DNA from: an uncultured Gammaproteobacteria bacterium
GTDB taxonomy: Bacteria > Patescibacteriota > Microgenomatia > JAMCZE01
Direction: 5' to 3'
Length of the DNA stretch: 64,000 bases
Assembly (NCBI GenBank): GCA_964641255.1
Contig: CAZXMM010000001.1
Coordinates: forward strand, 473,984-537,983
Below the pieces are notes generated by a model, which did not search any database, was not told where the DNA came from, and saw only the letters and a program-made list of their open reading frames with translations. Positions 20,655 to 28,962 of the stretch are shown here, piece by piece. Every line of letters begins with the position of its first letter. Position 1 is the first letter of the stretch. Both the position numbers and the translations under genes were made by a program.

Positions 20655-21739
20655 AGGTAGCACTTGTTTATGACCGGGTCAATAAATGGGGTGGGGCGGA
20701 ACGGGTACTGTTGGCTCTTCATGAGCTTTTTCCTGACGCCCCCTTGTACACCTCTGTCTACGACTCCCAAAAAGCACCCTGGGCCAGTGTTTTTTCAGTT
20801 AAAACCTCCTTTTTACAGCATCTTCCTCTTCCTAAAGATCATCATGAACTTTATCCATTTCTAATGGGGCCGGCTTTTGAAGCGTTTAATTTTGATGAAT
20901 TTGATTTGGTTATTTCGGTCACTTCCGAGTATGCCAAAGCGGTTATCACTAAGCCCAAAACAAAGCATATTTGCCTTTGTCTCACACCAACGGGCTATTT
21001 GTGGTCCAATTACGATAGTTATTTTTCTTCAAAGAGCCAGTGGTTTAAATGGCTTAGTACGCCGCTTGTTAAATGGTTGCGCTTTTACGACAGGATCATT
21101 GCTCAGCGGCCTGACTCTTATATCGCTATCTCAGAAATCGTAAAAGAGCGCATCGAGACTTATTACAAGCGAAGTAGCACAGTTATCTACCCCTTTCTGG
21201 AGTTTAAAGAATTTGTTAAAAGCCAGCAAAAACCGGAAAATTTTTATTTACTTGTGTCTAGACTGGTGCCTAACAAGAGATTAGATGTGGCAATTACCGC
21301 GTTTAACCAGTTAGGGTGGCCACTAAAAATTGTAGGAGTAGGCGGTGAGATGGGTAGGCTCAAAAAACTAGCCAAAGCTAATATTGAATTTGTGGGTTAT
21401 TTGACAGACACGAAGTTAGCAAGCTACTATAGACGCACCAAAGCTCTTATTGTTCCTGGGGCCGAGGATTTTGGCTTAGTGGCTCTTGAGGCTCAATCGT
21501 TTGGCAAGCCGGTGATAGCTCTTGCCAAGGGTGGGGTTTTAGAGACGGTAATTGCTGATAAAACCGGGGTGCTTTACGAAGACCAAACGGTAGTTGGCTT
21601 ACTAGAGGCGTTAAAAAGATTTGAGTCGCTTACCTTTGATCCCAAGGACTGTCAAAAGCAGGCTAAGAGGTTTTCCAAAGAAAAATTTAACCGGGCAGTG
21701 CTTGCCTATATCGACAAAGTATGGTGTACAGTTTCTTAA
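20651..21739 (+). CDS. Glycosyltransferase family 4
   Basis: N-terminal 'MKVALVYDRVNKWGGAERVL' and C-terminal 'DFGLVALEAQSFGKPVIALAKGGVLETV'. Confidence 0.75.
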   Translation: MKVALVYDRVNKWGGAERVLLALHELFPDAPLYTSVYDSQKAPWASVFSVKTSFLQHLPLPKDHHELYPFLMGPAFEAFNFDEFDLVISVTSEYAKAVITKPKTKHICLCLTPTGYLWSNYDSYFSSKSQWFKWLSTPLVKWLRFYDRIIAQRPDSYIAISEIVKERIETYYKRSSTVIYPFLEFKEFVKSQQKPENFYLLVSRLVPNKRLDVAITAFNQLGWPLKIVGVGGEMGRLKKLAKANIEFVGYLTDTKLASYYRRTKALIVPGAEDFGLVALEAQSFGKPVIALAKGGVLETVIADKTGVLYEDQTVVGLLEALKRFESLTFDPKDCQKQAKRFSKEKFNRAVLAYIDKVWCTVS

Positions 21740-22371
21740 AAAGATCTTTAGATGTATGCAGTGCCGTTGGAATTGCCCTAATATTTTCTCCTCTTTTGTT
21801 TCTCATTTCGATTGCTATTAAATTTGATTCTCCTGGTCCGGTAATTTTTAAACATCGACGTATTGGGCTGAATGGAAAAATTTTTTACTTGTGGAAATTC
21901 CGTTCGATGGTAGAGAACGCAAATACTAAGGATTTTGCCAACAACAAAGCCTTTATCAGCAAGTTTAAGAAAAAAGAGGGTTGGAAACTGCAAGCCAGTG
22001 AAGATCCGAGGATAACCCGGGTGGGTCGGTTCATTAGGAAATACAGCTTTGACGAACTTCCTAATCTGTGGAATATCTTTATTGGGGATATGAGCATTGT
22101 AGGTCCTAGAGCGTACCGTCGAGATAGTTTCGGGGATGAGGTAGAGGAACAGTTAAAGCTTTATCCCGACCGTCCGGATTTGCGAGAGAAACTAAAGATT
22201 GCCTGGTCGGTTAAGCCCGGTCTTACTGGGCCATGGCAAACGTCTGGTCGTAATAAACTGTCTTGGGATAAGCGGGTGGAATTAGACGCGGCTTATGCTC
22301 AGTCAAAGTCAATTCTTGGAGATATTAGCTATATTCTCAAAACGCCATTTGTGATGTTAAATAAATGGTAA
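21721..22371 (+). CDS. Polyprenyl-phosphate sugar-1-phosphate transferase (bacterial sugar transferase family, WbaP/WcaJ-like C-terminal domain)
   Basis: 'DSPGPVIFKHRRIGLNGKIFYLWKFRSM...DELPNLWNIFIGDMSIVGPRA' is the canonical PF02397 motif set. This is the initiating enzyme for Und-PP-linked glycans. Confidence 0.85.
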   Translation: MVYSFLKRSLDVCSAVGIALIFSPLLFLISIAIKFDSPGPVIFKHRRIGLNGKIFYLWKFRSMVENANTKDFANNKAFISKFKKKEGWKLQASEDPRITRVGRFIRKYSFDELPNLWNIFIGDMSIVGPRAYRRDSFGDEVEEQLKLYPDRPDLREKLKIAWSVKPGLTGPWQTSGRNKLSWDKRVELDAAYAQSKSILGDISYILKTPFVMLNKW

Positions 22372-22395
22372 AGATGTTAAGATTGTCTCTGCCCT

Positions 22396-24348
22396 ATGGA
22401 CGAAACAATTGAAAAATTAGATTTATCTTCCCCGACTGCTGTAACTACTGAGGAAGAAACAGTAGTCCCTTCCTACCCTAAGTCTCGGCGTTCATTTAAA
22501 AAGCCGCTACTTATTTTGGGGGTAGTTTTACTGGTACTCCTACTAATTGGTGGGATACTTGGGTTACTGCTTGGTGTTCCTTTATCAAAAACTTATGCTG
22601 ATACCCAAAAAACTATCGCTTCCGCTCGAGAAATAAACACTGCTCTAAAGAGCCAAGATATTAAAAAAACCAGCGAGGCTATTAGTAAAACCCAAAGCTT
22701 AGTGAAAGTGGTCCAAGCTGACCTCAGAGCCATTGGTTGGGCAAAATCTCTCCCGGTGGTTGGCCCCTACATCGCCGATGGTGAACATGGGGCAACAGCC
22801 GCATTACACGGATTGCGGGCTGCTTCGATTATGACCCAAGCGGTCGAGCCCTATGCTGACCTATTGGGACTCGAGGGACAAGGGACTTATGTGGGAGGAA
22901 CGGCTGAAGATCGACTAGCTAAGATGGTAGAAACTTTCGACAAAGTTACTCCCCAGATAGATCAGGTGGCGGTAGAAATTGAGGCAGTTAAAAAGGAGCT
23001 GGCCTTCATTGACCCCAATCGTTATCCAGAGGAGTTCCGGGGTCGCTTAGTTCGTTCTCAGATAGTGGAAGCTAAAAATATTGTTACTGGAGTAGATGAG
23101 ATTTTAACCCAAGCTAGGCCACTAGTTAAGCATATGCCGGCCCTGTTAGGGTCAAAAGGAGAGGCCAAATACATGATTCTTTTCCAAAATGATAAAGAGT
23201 TGCGCCCAACCGGAGGTTTTATTACTGCTTATGCGGTCTTTAGAATTGAAAAAGGCAAGATTGCCCTTGATGCCGCTGACGATATCTACAAACTTGATGA
23301 CACTGTAGGAAAAAAAGTTGCTCCGCCTGACCCGATTGCTAAATATCTTAACGTCTTTTCTTGGAGATTGAGAGATTCAAATTTTTCGCCAGATTTTTAC
23401 AATTCCATGAAAGCATTCGAGGATATTTATGCTTCCTCTAGTCAAAAAAAGAAACTTGATGGGATTTTAGCTGTGGATACTCATTTGTTGGTCCGGATGA
23501 TGGACGTGCTGGGGCCAATTAAAGTTTACGACACCGAGTTTAATACTAAAATCGTCCCTCAGTGTAATTGTCCAATGGTGGTCTACGAACTCTTAAAGCA
23601 AGCTGGTACACCACGCGGTTACTGGGTTGATAATCGTAAAGACATGATTGGTCAACTGTTATCGGCGATGATGAAAAAAGCTCTTGCTACCCCCAAACAA
23701 GTCTATGCACCTCTGTTTCAAGCGGCAATCGAAGAAGCCACCCAAAAGCACCTCCTTATCTATTTGCATAACGAAGATGCTGAAAAGGGTATTGAAGTGC
23801 TAAACTTTGCTGGCAGGATCAAGACTAATCCAGGTGGAGACTATCTTCACATTAACGATGCAAACTTAGGGGGGGCCAAATCAAATCTCTATGTCACTCA
23901 AGCTGTAACTGATAAGGTGATGATTCATGACGGTGGAGCAGACGTTGAGTTAACGATTGATTATAAATTCCCCCACGGTGCGGATAATTGTTCTCTCGAG
24001 CGCAAAGAGGGACTCTGTCTTGCCGGTATTTACCGTGACTACCTGCGTGTTTACCTACCGCTTGGAGCCAGTGTTAAAGAGGTTAAGGGGTTTGAAAATA
24101 AAAGTACCACCTTTGAAGATTTGGGCCACACCGTGGTTGACGGCTTCTTTACAGTTGTTCCCCAAGGGTTAGCGCAAATCAAGATTAAGTATACGGTAAA
24201 GGGAGACTTTAAGAAAAATGGCGAGTATAAACTGATGATTCAAAAACAACCCGGGACTGTAGGTAATCTTTACAAGTTAAGTGTTGACGGCAAAGACCAA
24301 CAACCCTTTAATCTTACGGAAGATAAGGAAATCGTTATCAAGCTGTGA
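22396..24348 (+). CDS. Membrane-anchored exported protein, DUF4012-like
   Basis: An N-terminal TM helix then a roughly 580-aa extracytoplasmic domain. 'MILFQNDKELRPTGGFITAYAVF' resembles the conserved DUF4012 core. This family typically neighbours polysaccharide gene clusters. Confidence 0.45.
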   Translation: MDETIEKLDLSSPTAVTTEEETVVPSYPKSRRSFKKPLLILGVVLLVLLLIGGILGLLLGVPLSKTYADTQKTIASAREINTALKSQDIKKTSEAISKTQSLVKVVQADLRAIGWAKSLPVVGPYIADGEHGATAALHGLRAASIMTQAVEPYADLLGLEGQGTYVGGTAEDRLAKMVETFDKVTPQIDQVAVEIEAVKKELAFIDPNRYPEEFRGRLVRSQIVEAKNIVTGVDEILTQARPLVKHMPALLGSKGEAKYMILFQNDKELRPTGGFITAYAVFRIEKGKIALDAADDIYKLDDTVGKKVAPPDPIAKYLNVFSWRLRDSNFSPDFYNSMKAFEDIYASSSQKKKLDGILAVDTHLLVRMMDVLGPIKVYDTEFNTKIVPQCNCPMVVYELLKQAGTPRGYWVDNRKDMIGQLLSAMMKKALATPKQVYAPLFQAAIEEATQKHLLIYLHNEDAEKGIEVLNFAGRIKTNPGGDYLHINDANLGGAKSNLYVTQAVTDKVMIHDGGADVELTIDYKFPHGADNCSLERKEGLCLAGIYRDYLRVYLPLGASVKEVKGFENKSTTFEDLGHTVVDGFFTVVPQGLAQIKIKYTVKGDFKKNGEYKLMIQKQPGTVGNLYKLSVDGKDQQPFNLTEDKEIVIKL

Positions 24349-24887
24349 AAGTAAGTACGAGCTTTGGTGTGGTTCTTAGACGTGACAACTTCGGTGAAGC
24401 TGACAAACTGATTACGCTTTTCACTCGTGATCAAGGGAAAATTAAGGTGCTCGCCAAAGGCATAAGACGGATCAAAAGTCGCCGCGCCTCTCATCTCGAG
24501 TTGTTTAACTCCGTTACGGTCACTCTCTATCAAGGCATAAAATGGCCGATTGTTTCTGGAGCTAAAGAAAAGAAACTTCTTTCCACCGCTAAAACTGACC
24601 TTAAAAAGGCTGCCTACCTGTTTTACATAGCGGAAGTGGTGGAGAGACTCCTTCCTGAGAACCAGTCGCATCCGGATGTTTACGCACTTCTTACAAGTGC
24701 TTTACTGGATCTGGAAACTTGTAGTAATGAAGAAGTTAGAGAAAAAGTTAAAGAGTTTGTCATTGCTTTACTTTGGCTTCTAGGCTACCTTCCCAGGGGG
24801 CAGTACCCAGAACTGGGAGTAACTGCACTGGTTGAGGAAATCCTTGAGCACAGGATTAAAAGCGTGTCTTTTATTGACAAAATCTAG
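24345..24887 (+). CDS. recO: DNA repair protein RecO (short form)
   Basis: N-terminal OB-fold pattern 'GVVLRRDNFGEADKLITLFTRDQGKIKVLAKGIRRIKSRRAS'. GTG start in a GTGA overlap with the upstream stop. Confidence 0.55.
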   Translation: MKVSTSFGVVLRRDNFGEADKLITLFTRDQGKIKVLAKGIRRIKSRRASHLELFNSVTVTLYQGIKWPIVSGAKEKKLLSTAKTDLKKAAYLFYIAEVVERLLPENQSHPDVYALLTSALLDLETCSNEEVREKVKEFVIALLWLLGYLPRGQYPELGVTALVEEILEHRIKSVSFIDKI

Positions 24888-25258
24888 ACTGCAGTGTGTT
24901 GGTGATGGGGATGAATTGTTTCGAGTTTTTCTACGCGATCGTCAATTTCGTTGATTTGAGAAGTTCGCCTATTTAACATTGTTTGTTCTTCGCGCATGGC
25001 TCTCATTTCCCCTACAAACTCGTCCTTCATTTGAACAACATCATTACGATATTCGGCAACTAATTCCTTGAGAGAACTAATAATCTCCTCTTTGAAGCGA
25101 GCAAACTTAAGATCTAGTTTTTGTTCAAAAGGCGTAAGTTCTTCTTTTACTACTTCTCGAACGATCTTTTTGAGCACGGTATCTGTTTGCATGTAATTCA
25201 TAATAGCAAGGGTAAAGGAATTTACAATATTGTAATTTAATAAAAAGCGGAATAACAT
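24884..25258 (-). CDS. Hypothetical coiled-coil protein; real start possibly the internal Met at 25201
   Basis: ORF only. A charged helical sequence with no recognisable domain. Confidence 0.3.
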   Translation of the reverse strand: MLFRFLLNYNIVNSFTLAIMNYMQTDTVLKKIVREVVKEELTPFEQKLDLKFARFKEEIISSLKELVAEYRNDVVQMKDEFVGEMRAMREEQTMLNRRTSQINEIDDRVEKLETIHPHHQHTAV

Positions 25259-25279
25259 ATAGGTAGGTTTGGTGATGAT

Positions 25280-25390
25280 TGCACTGGCACTGCAGGAGCC
25301 ACTATCAAAAATTAAGAAGTAACAAGGGTGGAACCACGGCTATGACCGTCCCTTATATCAGGTTGTTGATGTAGTGAGGACGGATTTTTT
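25280..25390 (+). promoter_or_regulatory. Compact T-box-like riboswitch leader (Gly specifier GGC) preceding the MazG-like/glyQS genes
   Basis: T-box sequence 'AAGGGTGGAACCACGG' at 25324-25339. A canonical antiterminator can be drawn: A1 aaggg/ccctt, 7-nt bulge UGGAACC, A2 acgg/ccgt. A competing hairpin ccgtcc(25346-25351)/ggacgg(25378-25383) plus T6 runs into the ATG and sequesters a GAGGA SD. The small hairpin TGCA-cuGGCAc-TGCA (25280-25294) displays GGC+A. Confidence 0.5.
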
Positions 25391-25492
25391 ATGGATTTTC
25401 AAACACTTAATAAGCGAGCACAGGAAGTGCGAATAAAATACGATAACTTAAATCGCACTCAACGGGGAAAATCCTGGGGCAATGAGTAGCTC

Positions 25493-25717
25493 ATGGAAGG
25501 TCTAGTAGGAGATATAGGGGACCTGATGAAGCTCGTCATGGCCAAAGAGGGTTGGCGGGCGGGAGATGATATTGATAATAAACTGGCCCATGAGCTGTCC
25601 GATTGTCTGTGGGTACTGTTGGTTCTTGCCGATCGCTATAACATTAAACTTGATGAAACTTTTCTAAAAACAATGGATGAGTTAGATAGTCGGATTGCTA
25701 AAGAATTAGGGAAATAA
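25493..25717 (+). CDS. MazG-like nucleotide pyrophosphohydrolase, C-terminal segment. The upstream 32 codons (25391-25486) continue the same domain but are separated by an in-frame TAG at 25487-25489.
   Basis: 'EGLVGDIGDLMKLV...AHELSDCLWVLLVLADRYNIKLDETF' matches the EVGEL/ELaDvl motifs of the MazG-like family. The N-terminal helix 'MDFQTLNKRAQEVRIKYD' is encoded in-frame upstream of the TAG. Confidence 0.6.
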   Translation: MEGLVGDIGDLMKLVMAKEGWRAGDDIDNKLAHELSDCLWVLLVLADRYNIKLDETFLKTMDELDSRIAKELGK

Positions 25718-25718
25718 C

Positions 25719-27104
25719 ATGGAAAGCACCACGCTTGAAAAAATTATCGCTCTTTGTAAACGTCGGGGCTTTGTTTTTCCTACCTCAGAAATTTACGGGG
25801 GACTGGCTAATTCCTATGACTACGGGCCTGTAGGTGCGCCCCTGCTTCGTAATATTCGCAACCTGTGGTGGAGAGAATTTATTGAGAAAAGGATTGATAT
25901 GGTGGGGATCGACAGCCAAATTCTTCTCCACCCTCGTACTTGGGAGGCCTCAGGGCATGTGGGTAGTTTTAATGACCCCGCTGTTACAGACAGTCTTAAT
26001 CACAAGCGCTACCGTGCCGATCATTTGATTGAAGCCTGGCTGAAAAAAAATCCCAAGGCGGAACAAATTGTCGTGGAAAACTTAAGCATCGAGCAAATGG
26101 GAGAGTTCATAGAGGAGAATAAAATCACGAGTCCGGAAGGGAACTCTTTGTCAAAACCCCAGCAATTTAATCAACTGTTTGAAACCCATATTGGAGCGGT
26201 GGAGGGAGATAAGTCACTGGTTTATCTTCGTGGTGAGACAGCCCAAGGCATCTTTACTGATTTTAAAAGCGTTGTTGATAGCTCTCGAGTAAAACTCCCC
26301 TTTGGTATTGGCCAAATTGGCAAAAGTTTCCGAAATGAAATCACCACTGGGCAATTTGTTTTTCGTACCCTTGAGCTGGAGCAAGCGGAGATCGAGTATT
26401 TCTTTGATCCCGAAGTTACAAACTGGGAAACATTGATGGAGGAGTGGAAAAGTTCTATGTGGTCGTTTGTTACGAAAACATTGGGTGTCAGTGAAAATAA
26501 ATTGCGCTGGCGCAGGCACACCGATAAAGAACGAAGCCACTATAGTAAAGATACTTATGATCTCGATTTTGAGTTCCCCTTTGGTTTTAAGGAACTGTGG
26601 GGAATTGCTTACCGCACTGATTATGACCTTAAGCAACATATGGAATTTTCGGGGCAAAGTCTTATGTACCGAGACCCAAATAGTGGCAAAGAGTTTATCC
26701 CCCATGTTATCGAGCCTGCAGTCGGGGTCAACAGACTTTTCCTGATGGTGCTTTGTAGTGCCTATACCGAAGAAGAAAACCGGGTAGTACTTAAACTTGC
26801 TCCCAAGCTCGCCCCCTACAAAGTGGCTGTTTTCCCACTGGTAGGGAATAAAGAAAATATCACAGCTAAAGCTTTGGAGGTTTTTAGAGAATTGAATGAT
26901 CAAATGCCCACAGTGTGGGACGATCGGGGCAATATTGGAAAGAGATACCTTGCTCAAGATGAAATTGGTACTCCCTGGTGCGTTACTATTGATTACCAAA
27001 CTTTAGAAGATAGCACCGTGACAGTCCGTGACCGTGACACCACTTTACAAGACCGGATTGCAGTTGCTAATCTTAAAGAATACTTTTATGCCAAACTTAA
27101 TTAG
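25719..27104 (+). CDS. glyQS: Glycine--tRNA ligase, dimeric alpha2 type
   Basis: 'KRRGFVFPTSEIYGGLANSYDYGPVGAPLLRNI' and class II motifs; 461 aa. Confidence 0.9.
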   Translation: MESTTLEKIIALCKRRGFVFPTSEIYGGLANSYDYGPVGAPLLRNIRNLWWREFIEKRIDMVGIDSQILLHPRTWEASGHVGSFNDPAVTDSLNHKRYRADHLIEAWLKKNPKAEQIVVENLSIEQMGEFIEENKITSPEGNSLSKPQQFNQLFETHIGAVEGDKSLVYLRGETAQGIFTDFKSVVDSSRVKLPFGIGQIGKSFRNEITTGQFVFRTLELEQAEIEYFFDPEVTNWETLMEEWKSSMWSFVTKTLGVSENKLRWRRHTDKERSHYSKDTYDLDFEFPFGFKELWGIAYRTDYDLKQHMEFSGQSLMYRDPNSGKEFIPHVIEPAVGVNRLFLMVLCSAYTEEENRVVLKLAPKLAPYKVAVFPLVGNKENITAKALEVFRELNDQMPTVWDDRGNIGKRYLAQDEIGTPWCVTIDYQTLEDSTVTVRDRDTTLQDRIAVANLKEYFYAKLN

Positions 27105-27600
27105 TAAAAAGTTCATCCTCGGTGGTTTAGGCGTTGTAGGTGTTCTCCTGCTAGTAATGGTTGTGGTCATTTTTTTGAAATCTCAGACGAGTACTCCTAA
27201 GCCAGTTGCTAGGAACATTCCTACTACTCCTCAAGTCCAAAGAGTAGACCTGGATAGTCAACCCGAATGGGTAAAACAACTAGAGGTTAGTGTTACCCGG
27301 GGTCGTAGTCCTAACGGACTGGCAAATGTGACTGTTAAGGTGGTTGGCATTCCAGAGGGGCTAGTGGATAGTGTAGATTACGTTCTCCAGTATCAGACGA
27401 GTAACAAGGGGTCCCAAGGAGCGTTGTCTACGAAGTCTCTGGAGCTTAAGGGTGCCACTACCTGGTCAAAGACGATTGACCTGGGGACATGTTCTACTAA
27501 CACTTGTATCGACCACCAGGGAGTAACTGCTGTTGACCTGGAAGTCGACTTTAATACTTCAGAGGGTCGCTTCGTCTGGACTAACACTATCGAGCTTTAA
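27088..27600 (+). CDS. Hypothetical membrane-anchored exported protein
   Basis: An N-terminal TM helix then a Ser/Thr-rich beta-type domain. Start taken as the ATG at 27088 (MPNLISKKF). Confidence 0.4.
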   Translation: MPNLISKKFILGGLGVVGVLLLVMVVVIFLKSQTSTPKPVARNIPTTPQVQRVDLDSQPEWVKQLEVSVTRGRSPNGLANVTVKVVGIPEGLVDSVDYVLQYQTSNKGSQGALSTKSLELKGATTWSKTIDLGTCSTNTCIDHQGVTAVDLEVDFNTSEGRFVWTNTIEL

Positions 27601-27621
27601 TCGTCTTTGTTTTTGATTTTT

Positions 27622-27676
27622 TCACCCAGTAATTGTGCCTTTTGGGTGTTGACAGTTCGTGAAAACTAGTTCAAAC
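27622..27676 (+). promoter_or_regulatory. Candidate dcw promoter (TTGACA at 27647-27652, weak -10) with flanking inverted repeat CACCCA/TGGGTG (possible MraZ operator)
   Basis: Exact -35 hexamer. The 6-bp inverted arms at 27622-27627 and 27641-27646 lie in the 104-bp gap upstream of mraZ. The -10 is poor. Confidence 0.3.
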
Positions 27677-27704
27677 TTAGAACAAGTTAGTACGAATTAG
27701 TGCA

Positions 27705-28088
27705 ATGTTTTTAGGCACCTACCATCATCGATTGTTAGGAGGCGGGCAAGTAGCACTACCCTCAAAGATTCGTAGTGTCCTTAAAAACGGCAAGGCCATT
27801 TTAAGTACTGGTTTTGGTGATAAATGCATTTATGGGTACTCAATTGAGGACTGGGAGAAAATTGCTGAGCAAGAGCTTACTTCTAAGCCACTGTCTACTA
27901 CCGAAGGCCAGAGAGTCAGACGACAATTGTTCGGAGCTGCTGAAGAAATTAAAACCGATGGTCAGGGTAGATTTGTCGTCCCGCCCAACTTGCGTACTCA
28001 TGCTGGTATTAAAGATGAAATAGCCGTGATTGGAGCTGGGGACCACTTTGAACTTTGGGACAGAGCTGAGTGGGACAAGCTTAAGTAA
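27705..28088 (+). CDS. mraZ: Transcriptional regulator MraZ
   Basis: 'MFLGTYHHRLLGGGQVALPSKIRSVL' and a duplicated MraZ fold. First gene of the dcw cluster. Confidence 0.85.
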   Translation: MFLGTYHHRLLGGGQVALPSKIRSVLKNGKAILSTGFGDKCIYGYSIEDWEKIAEQELTSKPLSTTEGQRVRRQLFGAAEEIKTDGQGRFVVPPNLRTHAGIKDEIAVIGAGDHFELWDRAEWDKLK

Positions 28089-28960
28089 TGGAACCCTACC
28101 ATGTACCAGTCTTATTAAAAGAAACGCTTGATTATTTAGACGTTAAGCCGGGAAGAACTTATATCGATTGCACATTGGGAGGGGGCGGACATACAGAAGC
28201 AATACTAAGCGCCAAAGGAAGAGTGATTGGGATAGATCAGGATTCTGAAGCGATAACACACGTAAAGAATCGGCTGGGAGACCGCAGCACGAACTTAACG
28301 ATAAAGCACGAAAACTTTGCACATTTACAAGAGATCGCACAAGAAATGGGAATGAGTAAGGTTTCCGGTATCCTGCTTGATCTAGGGGTCTCGAGTTATC
28401 AGTTAGGAACGGCAAAAAGGGGATTTAGCTTTAATCTACCAGGAAAACTCGATATGCGGATGGATACGAAGACCCTGGGAGTAACAGCAGCAGATCTAGT
28501 GGCAGCAGGGTCAGAAGAGGAACTAGCACAGATATTTTGGAACTATGGGGAAGAGAGGATGAGTAGGAAAATCGCCAGAGCCATTGTGGCTACCCGAGGG
28601 GGAGAGCCAATTACTACAACAGAACAGTTAGCAAGACTTGTGGCCAGAGTAAAACCAAGGAAGAGAGAGAGTCATATTCATCCGGCGACCCAAGTGTTTC
28701 AGGCACTAAGAATAGCTGTCAATAGTGAACTTGTAAATTTGGAGACTGTAATTCCAAGTGCGGTTAACCTTTTGGAAAGTGGTGGCAGGCTGGTTATTAT
28801 CAGCTTCCATTCTCTCGAGGACCGGATAGTAAAAACGAGATTGGACGAATCTAGAGATCTTTTTGTACTGACAAAAAAGCCAGTGGTGGCAAGTACAGAG
28901 GAGATTACAAAAAATCCAAAAAGCAGGAGCGCCAAATTAAGAGCCGCGCAAAAAAAATAA
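28088..28960 (+). CDS. rsmH: 16S rRNA (cytosine1402-N4)-methyltransferase RsmH (MraW)
   Basis: 'HVPVLLKETLDYLDVKPGRTYIDCTLGGGGHTEAIL'. Confidence 0.9.
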   Translation: MEPYHVPVLLKETLDYLDVKPGRTYIDCTLGGGGHTEAILSAKGRVIGIDQDSEAITHVKNRLGDRSTNLTIKHENFAHLQEIAQEMGMSKVSGILLDLGVSSYQLGTAKRGFSFNLPGKLDMRMDTKTLGVTAADLVAAGSEEELAQIFWNYGEERMSRKIARAIVATRGGEPITTTEQLARLVARVKPRKRESHIHPATQVFQALRIAVNSELVNLETVIPSAVNLLESGGRLVIISFHSLEDRIVKTRLDESRDLFVLTKKPVVASTEEITKNPKSRSAKLRAAQKK

Positions 28961-28962
28961 CT

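Noticed and set aside
25487-25489. Possible genome-wide stop-codon reassignment (TAG or TGA as sense, as in some candidate phyla)
   Set aside because: TAG terminates conserved genes at their expected ends, for example the acetyltransferase at 14290-14292 and the fusion protein at 17432-17434. TGA does the same for murG at 42593-42595 and the DUF4012-like gene at 24346-24348. The standard code fits, so the in-frame TAG in the MazG-like gene is a local event.
26214-26999. 261-aa minus-strand ORF inside glyQS
   Set aside because: It is antisense to conserved GlyRS motifs. No domain signal. Shadow ORF.
27647-27676. Strong sigma70 promoter for the dcw operon
   Set aside because: The -35 TTGACA is exact, but no acceptable -10 hexamer lies at 16-19 bp spacing (caaact/aaactt). 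It is kept only as a low-confidence regulatory feature.
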